From Bacteroidales bacterium (GTDB lineage Bacteria > Bacteroidota > Bacteroidia > Bacteroidales > GWA2-32-17), in NCBI GenBank assembly GCA_035371305.1, contig DAOOWN010000002.1, forward strand, positions 9,908-73,907: a DNA stretch of 64,000 bases, given 5' to 3'. Both the position numbers and the translations under genes were made by a program. Positions 19,601-26,832 of this stretch are shown piece by piece. Below the pieces are notes generated by a model that had not been told where the DNA came from, ran no database searches, and saw nothing but the letters and a program-made list of their open reading frames with translations. The stretch's first letter is position 1. The number at the start of each line of letters is the position of its first letter.

Positions 19601-21774
19601 TGAGCAATGGAACTTGTTCAAGCACAACTTCTGTATCGGTAACCGTTAATGCAAGTCCAAATGTTAGCATATCGAGCAATAGTCCTTTATGCACAGGTAA
19701 TACGCTACAATTGAATGCAAGCGGAGGAAGTAGTTATCAATGGAGCGGTGTTGGTGGTTTTTCCAGTACTCAGCAAAATCCTACCATTCCAAATGCACAA
19801 TTAATAAATCAAGGAACTTATACTGTAACTGTAACTTCATCAAGTGGATGTACAGCAACAGCAAGTACCGATGTATATATAAGCAGTTCATTCAATTCTA
19901 CCATTAATCCGGCTGGTCCTTTCTGCTCAAATGGAAGTCCTGTTACATTAACAGCAGCTACTCCGGGTGGTACATGGTCAGGAAATGGGATAACCGATGC
20001 ATCGTTGGGAATATTTAATCCTACAACAGCCGGAGTAGGAACCCATACCATTACCTACACCATTAGCGGTTCTTGTGGTTCATCAAGCAATGCAAATATT
20101 ATTGTTTATCAAAGCCCAACAGCAATTGTTTCTTCAAACAGCCCAATATGCGAAGGCCAATCGTTACAATTAAATGCCAATAATGTTTCAAATGCCTCAT
20201 ACTTATGGTCAGGACCAAATAGCTTCAGCAGTTCACAACAAAATCCAACATTAAACAATGCTTCCATAAATAATTCCGGATCGTACTCGTTAACGATTAC
20301 CGATGCAAATCAATGTTCTGCAATATCAAGTGTAAATGTTACTATCAATCCATCACCTACCGTTACCATTACAACTTCCAACCCAATTTGTAATGGCTCT
20401 ACTTTGAATATCAGCGCTACCAGTGGATATAGTTCATATTCATGGCAGGGACCAAACAACTTTCAATCATCGCAATCAAGTTTTTCTATTCCAAACGTAA
20501 GTAATTTACAATCCGGAACATATACCGTAACCGTGATCAATTCAAACGGATGCAGTAAAGTTGAATCTACCGTTGTTAATGTTTTAAATTTTGCATCCGG
20601 TTCTATGACTGTAAATACAATAACACCATCGTGTTATAACAGTACAGATGGTTCTATCGAATTATTTGTTACCGGAGGCACTCCCCCCTACCAATACCAT
20701 TGGTCGCATGATACCTCTCTAACGTTAGCTCAAGCAAATAATTTATCGGATGGAATATATACAATTACCATCACCGATGGTAACGGATGCAATATCGATA
20801 CACTTATTCATTTAACTGCTCCTACCCCCTTACAAATAGATGTTACAACTCAAAATCCAAATTGTTTTGGAATTCATAATGGAAATATTACTGTACAAGT
20901 TTCAGGAGGAAGCCCTGCATACAGCTATTTGTGGAACAATAATTCTACGTCTGCCACTTTAAACCAAATAGGTCCCGGTATTTACTCTGTTACGGTTACC
21001 GATAATCATCAATGTTCCACCGTTTTTAACAACATACAAATCACCGAACCGGACGAATTAATATTAAATCTAAATGCTACCAACAACCAATGTCCGACCG
21101 ACAACCTTGCATCTGCCTCAGTTACAGTATATGGTGGTGTAAGCCCATATACCTATCAATGGAATACAGGACAAACATCGTCTTCAATAAATCAAATTTC
21201 GGGTGGATATCATGCTGTAACGGTAACCGATGCCAATCAGTGCAACAAAACCGATAGTATTTTCGTCATCTCGCCCGATGGATTTATCAATAATGCAGTT
21301 GTAATTAGAGATACCATAAACGGAATAGCTTCTATTGATAATCAGGTTAGCGGTGGCACACCTCCTTATCAATACGCTTGGTCTAATGGACAAACCAGCG
21401 AAGATTTGTACAATATAGAAGCCGGCACCTATATTTTAACCGTTACCGATGCATCCAATTGTACGTTTGTCGATACCTTCGACATAAAACTTCCAATACT
21501 TATTCCAACCGTATTTACTCCCAATGGTGATAACACAAACGATCGTTTTGCAATTAAAAATATTCATATCGTACCACAAGTACATATTGAAATTTATAAC
21601 CGCTGGGGAAATAAAATGTTTTCTTTTGACGGTACCGGAAGCCAATATGCAAACCAATCCAATCAATGGGATGGAACATATAATGGGAAAGAACTTCCTA
21701 TGGGTTCATTTGTATATATCGTAATTGTAAACAATTCGGATGTTCATAATGGTGTCGTTTCGATTTTAAGATAA
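16657..21774 (+). CDS. Giant modular cell-surface protein with T9SS type-B (gliding-motility-associated) C-terminal sorting domain
   Basis: Signal peptide; 4 Cys-rich N-terminal modules (DDDVWYKFTAT...YYIRVY...ICV); about 12 Ig-like ~80-aa repeats (C.GQTL.L.ASGG..YQWSGPNGF.S.QQNP.I...GTYTVTVT); 5 SprB-type repeats (GGTPPYQY.W); C-terminal FTPNGDNTNDRF...WDG...G.FVYIV. Confidence 0.85.
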   Translation: MIKFKNILAIASIVLLSSKVYSQGDNCSNATTITVTANCSSPVAGTSAGATQSFAGCVGTADDDVWYKFTATATSHVITATPSASYDPVVELFSGTCSSLTSLYCRDNGMTGDAETIYATGLTIGNTYYIRVYHYYTGSGSNTFTICVTSPPSAPANDNCSSASTLVVNTSCSFTNGTSYGATASSVPACAGSPDDDVWYKFTATNSVQTITVDPSTNMDPVVELFSGTCSSLSSLYCQDAGYTDGNEVINAVGLIPGQTYYIRVYDYYNSNGGYPFQICVTGTATATPVNDECATAIELPEVTSECNYYYFTTTGATNSTTTPLPTNCENFDGTPNAGGFSTSSKDVWFKIKVPANGKLSIRPMPAYGINDAAMVLYSGSCGSLTQIACSDDHNYPGTANDMKPYINVSGLTPGSYVYLRYWGFGSTSGDFAICVESPTNDACSNSLQICDINGYAGSTSSAYTADRPGNMRGNAEVNDPPTYTYTPGTCQPGGIFGLGGSWGTGAPNCDVQINNNSWIKFTASNTSVTLNVNISNCWVGSYPSGGIQMQIFSGNSCSNFAPVSDFKEGSSTFSITANNLTVGQEYYLMIDGFAGDICDYSITANTGVQFTDISATSTSICPGQSVTLTAPSGATSYLWSPGGQTTQSITVSPATSFTYSCEVSGVCNFKQTLYKTVVVNPLPTISTSNNSPLCQGSTLNLTSSGGSTYQWSGPNGFTSTQQNPSITNVTTAYTGTYNVTVTSSAGCSSTATTNVTVNAAPASPTVSATSTTICNGQSTTINASGSGASLFQVYNSSSGGTLLGIIPLNVSPTTTTTYYVQAVSSSGCVNLGGRVPVTITVNPLPTPSISSNSGICAGQTLQLNASGGTAFQWSGPNGFTSTQQNPSIPSATTAATGTYTVTVTNSYNCSAVTSTYATVNTLPNATASSNSAICSGQTLNLYANGGTTYTWSGPGGYNSTNQNPVITNATTSYSGTYYVTVSNGTCSSTTSVSVTVNASPNVSISSNSPLCTGNTLQLNASGGSSYQWSGVGGFSSTQQNPTIPNAQLINQGTYTVTVTSSSGCTATASTDVYISSSFNSTINPAGPFCSNGSPVTLTAATPGGTWSGNGITDASLGIFNPTTAGVGTHTITYTISGSCGSSSNANIIVYQSPTAIVSSNSPICEGQSLQLNANNVSNASYLWSGPNSFSSSQQNPTLNNASINNSGSYSLTITDANQCSAISSVNVTINPSPTVTITTSNPICNGSTLNISATSGYSSYSWQGPNNFQSSQSSFSIPNVSNLQSGTYTVTVINSNGCSKVESTVVNVLNFASGSMTVNTITPSCYNSTDGSIELFVTGGTPPYQYHWSHDTSLTLAQANNLSDGIYTITITDGNGCNIDTLIHLTAPTPLQIDVTTQNPNCFGIHNGNITVQVSGGSPAYSYLWNNNSTSATLNQIGPGIYSVTVTDNHQCSTVFNNIQITEPDELILNLNATNNQCPTDNLASASVTVYGGVSPYTYQWNTGQTSSSINQISGGYHAVTVTDANQCNKTDSIFVISPDGFINNAVVIRDTINGIASIDNQVSGGTPPYQYAWSNGQTSEDLYNIEAGTYILTVTDASNCTFVDTFDIKLPILIPTVFTPNGDNTNDRFAIKNIHIVPQVHIEIYNRWGNKMFSFDGTGSQYANQSNQWDGTYNGKELPMGSFVYIVIVNNSDVHNGVVSILR
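18481..20590 (+). repeat. Tandem Ig-like coding repeats (~240 nt) within the adhesin gene
   Basis: For example, 18787-18836 and 19273-19322 differ at 3 of 50 nt. Confidence 0.75.
20591..21480 (+). repeat. SprB-type coding repeats within the adhesin gene
   Basis: Five units containing C.....G.I...V.GG.PPY.Y.W motifs. Confidence 0.65.
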
Positions 21775-21784
21775 TGAAATCTAA

Positions 21785-21817
21785 GAGGCTGTTTTTCTGT
21801 AACAGCCTCACTTTTTT
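21785..21817 (+). terminator. Rho-independent terminator after the adhesin gene
   Basis: GAGGCTGTT-N7-AACAGCCTC (9-bp stem) followed by ACTTTTTT. Confidence 0.8.
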
Positions 21818-21866
21818 ATTATAAAAATATTTTTCAACCATCAGTACAATTAATCGCAATATACCT

Positions 21867-21874
21867 TATCTTTG
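21867..21874 (+). promoter_or_regulatory. -7 promoter box TATCTTTG for the TonB-receptor operon
   Basis: Exact TAnnTTTG match, 20 nt upstream of the first ATG of a 32-codon uORF and 115 nt upstream of the receptor ATG. Confidence 0.4.
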
Positions 21875-21988
21875 TTGTCCATTTTTTTAATCAATGGAAG
21901 TCATGAAACGAATAACTACATCGATACACTCTTTTTTATTCATGACTATAGTATTAATAATTAACCAAATAATCGAAAATTTTATTGC

Positions 21989-24697
21989 ATGAAGAATTTT
22001 TTATTAGCAGTATTTCTGTTAGCAGGGAGCATTATCTCCAATGCTCAAAATGGGCTTATTAAAGCAAAGTTTGTCGATAAAGACAAAAATGCACCCATTG
22101 TTGCCTTGCCGGTTTGGCTCAACACAATCAAATTTATTACAAACCAAAATGGCGAATTAGAGGCAACAGTTCCATATGGAAATTACATTTTAGTCGTTTC
22201 AGCCGAAGATTACGAAACCTACACTCAAAAAATAGAATTAAATTCATCAGAATTTGATGCCGGCATGATAAACCTGGCTGCAAAGGTAGTGAACCAATCA
22301 GATTTAACTCCTGTCGATGAAAATTCAATCGCTTCAGACGACATCGATGATAAAAGCAATCAAAATGTTAATGGATTATTGCATTCGAGTTCAGACCCGT
22401 TTACTAATGCTGCCTCATACAATTTAGGTGCGGCTAATTTCAGAATTCGTGGCTATGATGCATCGAACATAGCTATATATATGAATGGCTTACCTATGAA
22501 CGATGTAGAAAACGGAAGAGCTACCTATTCCGAATGGGGCGGACTTAACAACGTAACTCGCAATAAAGTATTTTCGCATGGAATCGATGCAACTAATTAT
22601 GCAATGGGTAATATAGGAGGTTCGACAAATATTTTTGTTAATGCAGGAAATATTAGGAAGCAAAACAATTTAACGTATGCTTTCTCTAATCGTTCATACA
22701 CCCACCGTATAATGTACACATATGCAACTGGTTTTAACGATAAAGGATGGGCATATGCCTTAAGTTTTTCAAAACGCTATGCAGAAAAAGGCTATGTAAA
22801 AGGAACATGGTACGATGCATATTCGTATTTTGCCAGTGCCGAAAAAAAATGGAACGATAAACACAGTACTGCCATTACCTTTTTTGGTTCTCCCTATAAA
22901 AGAGCTATGCAAGCACCAGCAACTCAAGAATGTTACGATTTAATTGGTTCTAATTATTACAACCCCAATTGGGGATACCAAGATGGCACTATTCGAAATG
23001 CAAAAGTCAGAAACGTTCATCAACCAATGGGTTTAATTTACGATAAATTCCAAATCAACGATCAATTAAGCCTTACTACAACGGTTGGATATCAATTTGG
23101 CAGATATGGAACAACGGCATTAAACTGGTATAATGCCAACGATCCTCGTCCCGATTATTACCGCTACTTGCCTAGTTATCAAACCTTAGACCCAGCTCAA
23201 ACGGATCCCTATCCATATATATATACCACACAATATTGGTCATCAAATCCAAGTGTTTATCAAATAAATTGGGACAACTTATACCAAATGAATTACTTGG
23301 CAAATAATGCCAATGAATCCGCTCACTACATTGTTGAAGAACAAAGAAAAGATAATAATCAGGCTTCGTATAACATATTCTTAACATATAATTTAAAAGA
23401 TAACACCACCATATCAGGCGGAGCTAATGGCATTATAGGCAAAACTCATTATTTCAAAACAGTAAATGATTTATTGGGTGCTAATTATTGGCTCGATGTT
23501 GACCAATTTGCCGAACGCGATTTCCCGAGCAATTCCACTATGCTCGAAAACGACTTAAACAATCCCGGCAGACAAGTAAAAGTAGGTGATATTTTTGGAT
23601 ACAACTATAATATTCATTACAGCAACCACAACGCATGGGTACTTTTTAACCAAAAATTAAACAAAATCGATTACTATATACAAGCTCAAGGTTCTATGTC
23701 TTCTTTTTATCGTAACGGATTTATGAAAAATGGACGCTATCCCGATCATTCATACGGAAAAGGAAGTGTAAACTCGTTTATTCATTATGCAGTAAAAGCT
23801 GGAGCAACATATAAAATATCAGGTCGCCACTTTATTATTGCTAACATCGCTTCCATGACCAACCCTCCATTAGCCGAAAATGCTTTTATCAATGCCAGAA
23901 CTTCTGACAGAGTAGGGAAAAATTTAAGTCAAGAAAATATTTTATCTGGCGATGCTTCGTATTTTTATCGCGGGATCAACTCTTCATTTAAAATAACGGC
24001 TTATCAAACATATTTCAATAATCAAACCGATGTAAGAAGCTATTACGACGATGGCTTTCAAACATTTGTTAACATTTTATTGCAAGGAATAGATAAAGTT
24101 CATCAAGGTATTGAAGTCGGAGCAGAAGTAAAAATCAACTCAGACTTTACTTTGATTGGAGCCTATAATATTGGCAATTATGTTTATACTTCCAATCCAC
24201 AAGCCACGGTTACTTATGACAATGGTTCTAAACCCGATACCACAGAAATAATCTATCAAAAATACTTCTATGTATCCGGTTTTCAAAATGCCGGAAGCAT
24301 TGGTTTAAAGTATAGAAATGCCAAATATTGGTTTGCAAGCGTTAATTTTAATGTTTTTGATAAAAACTATCTCGAATTTGCTCCCAGCCGTCGCACTACC
24401 AATGCCATTGCAAACTTAGGTGTTGGCGATCCGCTCATTAAAGAAATTACTGAACAACAAAAACTAAAAGGAGGTTATACACTTGATTTATCTATCGGAA
24501 AATCTTGGAAAATAGGAAGCTATTATATTGGTTTAAATGCAAATGTTAATAATGTACTGAATAAAACCGATTTAATTACGGGAGGTTACGAACAAATGAG
24601 ATTCGATAATGTTACTCACAATATCAATAAATTTCCTCCCAAGTATTTTTATTCATACGGAAGAACGTATTTCCTAATGTTGACTTTCAGATTTTAA
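21989..24697 (+). CDS. TonB-dependent outer-membrane receptor with N-terminal carboxypeptidase-regulatory-like domain
   Basis: Signal peptide; CarboxypepD_reg-like segment (GELEATVPYGNYILVVSAEDYE); plug-like FRIRGYDASNIAIYMNGLPMND; long beta-barrel ending in aromatic ...YFLMLTFRF. Confidence 0.85.
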   Translation: MKNFLLAVFLLAGSIISNAQNGLIKAKFVDKDKNAPIVALPVWLNTIKFITNQNGELEATVPYGNYILVVSAEDYETYTQKIELNSSEFDAGMINLAAKVVNQSDLTPVDENSIASDDIDDKSNQNVNGLLHSSSDPFTNAASYNLGAANFRIRGYDASNIAIYMNGLPMNDVENGRATYSEWGGLNNVTRNKVFSHGIDATNYAMGNIGGSTNIFVNAGNIRKQNNLTYAFSNRSYTHRIMYTYATGFNDKGWAYALSFSKRYAEKGYVKGTWYDAYSYFASAEKKWNDKHSTAITFFGSPYKRAMQAPATQECYDLIGSNYYNPNWGYQDGTIRNAKVRNVHQPMGLIYDKFQINDQLSLTTTVGYQFGRYGTTALNWYNANDPRPDYYRYLPSYQTLDPAQTDPYPYIYTTQYWSSNPSVYQINWDNLYQMNYLANNANESAHYIVEEQRKDNNQASYNIFLTYNLKDNTTISGGANGIIGKTHYFKTVNDLLGANYWLDVDQFAERDFPSNSTMLENDLNNPGRQVKVGDIFGYNYNIHYSNHNAWVLFNQKLNKIDYYIQAQGSMSSFYRNGFMKNGRYPDHSYGKGSVNSFIHYAVKAGATYKISGRHFIIANIASMTNPPLAENAFINARTSDRVGKNLSQENILSGDASYFYRGINSSFKITAYQTYFNNQTDVRSYYDDGFQTFVNILLQGIDKVHQGIEVGAEVKINSDFTLIGAYNIGNYVYTSNPQATVTYDNGSKPDTTEIIYQKYFYVSGFQNAGSIGLKYRNAKYWFASVNFNVFDKNYLEFAPSRRTTNAIANLGVGDPLIKEITEQQKLKGGYTLDLSIGKSWKIGSYYIGLNANVNNVLNKTDLITGGYEQMRFDNVTHNINKFPPKYFYSYGRTYFLMLTFRF

Positions 24698-24716
24698 TAT
24701 TAAAAACTAAAGAGTT

Positions 24717-25526
24717 ATGAAAAATATAAAAAAATATATCATCGCAATATTATTTGTATCTGGCATCATTTCATTGCACAGTTGTATAAAAGGCGATTTC
24801 GAACAACCACCTGTTGTGTTACCAACGGTAGATTTTGAAGCAAATATGACCTTGGCTCAGTTAAATCAATATTACAGAGATTCGCTGCATTCCGCATCAC
24901 CCGTTTTAATTACGAAAGATATTATTATCCAAGGGAAAGTCATCTCAAGCGACAAAGCCGGAAATATATACAAATCGCTCTATATTGAAGATGGAACGGG
25001 AGGCATCAACATTAAACTCGACCAAAAAGAAATTTACAATATTTACAAATTAGGTCAACGTATCTATATTAAATGCAAAGGTTTATACCTTGGTAATTAT
25101 AAAGGAGTTCCTCAAATAGGCTACAACAACTCCGGTTCTCTAAGCTATATTCCCTCTACACTCTTCAGCACTTACATTTTTAAAGATAGTTTTCCCGGCA
25201 ATCCTCCTACACCAAGAGTTATGAACATCAGTGATTTTACACTCAACGACATTAGTACACTTATTAAACTCGACAGTGTTCATTTTGCTCCGGCAGATAC
25301 TATGCAGCCATTCGTTGCAATCGGTGCTCAATACGGAACAGACCGAACCATCATTGATAAAAATGGAAATCAGATTGTGATTTATACAAGCGCCTATGCC
25401 GATTTTGCTAGAAATTTAGTTCCTAAAGGCACCGGAAGCATTGTAGCTATCTTAAGTTATTATATTGGAACAAACTCTTATCAATTATATCTAAGAGATA
25501 TTAACGATGTACAAGGATTTCAATAA
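24717..25526 (+). CDS. DUF5689-like surface lipoprotein (OB-fold-like)
   Basis: Lipobox ISLHSC; motif IIQGKVISSDKAGNIYKSLYIEDGTGGINIKLD...IYIKCKGLYLGNY, as I recall it for DUF5689 proteins encoded next to TonB receptors. Confidence 0.6.
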   Translation: MKNIKKYIIAILFVSGIISLHSCIKGDFEQPPVVLPTVDFEANMTLAQLNQYYRDSLHSASPVLITKDIIIQGKVISSDKAGNIYKSLYIEDGTGGINIKLDQKEIYNIYKLGQRIYIKCKGLYLGNYKGVPQIGYNNSGSLSYIPSTLFSTYIFKDSFPGNPPTPRVMNISDFTLNDISTLIKLDSVHFAPADTMQPFVAIGAQYGTDRTIIDKNGNQIVIYTSAYADFARNLVPKGTGSIVAILSYYIGTNSYQLYLRDINDVQGFQ

Positions 25527-25554
25527 CAGATAAGTATATTAAAATTAAATAAAT

Positions 25555-26826
25555 ATGAAAAATATAAATAAAATAATCGCTTTGCTTGCATTTTTTGGTT
25601 CATTAACCTTTACAAGCTGTATAAAAGATAAATACGATGCTCCTTCGCCCAATATTCCACATGTAGATTTTACAGCCAACAAAACTATTGCTGAACTAAA
25701 AGCAATGTATACAGGAACATTGGATAGCATCGAAGATGATATCATTATAAAAGGTATTGTTATCTCTAGCGATCAAGCCGGAAATATATACAAATCGCTC
25801 TATATACAAGATAGCACCGGCGGTTTAAATATTTCGCTCGATAAAACAAATTTATATACTATATATAAACCCGGTCAAAAAGTGTACGTAAAATGCAAAG
25901 GTCTGTATTTAGGAGCATATGGCGGAGTTGTTCAATTAGGATTTAATTATGCCGGATCTATAGGAAGAATTCCTTATGCCATGATTGACGAACATATTTT
26001 TCCTGATGGCTTGCCGGGTGCGCAGGTTGCTCCTGCTATTAAAACCATTCCGGGATTAACTGGAAATGATGTTTGCACAAAAATTCAACTCGATAACGTT
26101 CATTTTGAAAAAGTGGGAACCGAGTTTGCTTCACAATTATTCAGTACAACAAGTATCAACTTAATAGACAGTAACGGAAATTCAATTGTTTTATACAACA
26201 GCAAATATGCCAATTTTGCCAGCAAACTTACTCCAAAAGGAAAAGGTTCTATTATTGCAATATTAAGTTCATATAACGGAACCAATCAGCTTATTTTAAA
26301 CAGTTATGACGATTTAATTAACTGGGACACCACTGCATACGTTATGAGAGATATTATCAATGAACCTTTTACTTCTACTTTAGGAACATTTACTACATAC
26401 AGCGTTACAGGCAACGAACAATGGGGCATCACCAGCTATGGTGCTACTATGTCCGGTTATAATTCAGGATATCATGCAAACGAAGACTGGCTTATTTCAC
26501 CATCAATCAATTTAGACAACTCGACTAATGAAATATGTACTTTTACCTCTGCAAAAAATTATGGCTCAACAAATGACGGATCATTAAAACTATATTATTC
26601 TACAGATTACACCAATGGCGATCCTACTGTTGCTCATTGGACTGAAATAACAGGTTTTGCATTATCTACAGGAAGTTGGACATGGACTCCATCCGGCAAT
26701 ATTGATCTATCAAATATCAATGGTAATAATGTTCATTTAGCATTCAAATATGTTTCCACAACAAGCAGTTGTGCAACGTGGGAACTTAAAAACTTTAAAG
26801 TAACAGCATTAAGTCAAGGAAAATAA
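25555..26826 (+). CDS. DUF5689-like lipoprotein paralog with extra C-terminal beta-sandwich (choice-of-anchor-J-like) domain
   Basis: Lipobox LTFTSC, the same core motif IIKGIVISSDQAGNIYKSLYIQDSTGGLNISLD, and a C-terminal ~150 aa (NEDWLISPSINL...LAFKYVS...ATWELKNFKV). Confidence 0.6.
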   Translation: MKNINKIIALLAFFGSLTFTSCIKDKYDAPSPNIPHVDFTANKTIAELKAMYTGTLDSIEDDIIIKGIVISSDQAGNIYKSLYIQDSTGGLNISLDKTNLYTIYKPGQKVYVKCKGLYLGAYGGVVQLGFNYAGSIGRIPYAMIDEHIFPDGLPGAQVAPAIKTIPGLTGNDVCTKIQLDNVHFEKVGTEFASQLFSTTSINLIDSNGNSIVLYNSKYANFASKLTPKGKGSIIAILSSYNGTNQLILNSYDDLINWDTTAYVMRDIINEPFTSTLGTFTTYSVTGNEQWGITSYGATMSGYNSGYHANEDWLISPSINLDNSTNEICTFTSAKNYGSTNDGSLKLYYSTDYTNGDPTVAHWTEITGFALSTGSWTWTPSGNIDLSNINGNNVHLAFKYVSTTSSCATWELKNFKVTALSQGK

Positions 26827-26832
26827 AATACT

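Noticed and set aside
17061-21724. Multiple 60-90-aa ORFs on both strands inside the adhesin gene
   Set aside because: The G/T/S/N-rich repeat coding sequence is locally richer in G+C and poor in stop codons in other frames. None has a start context or motif.
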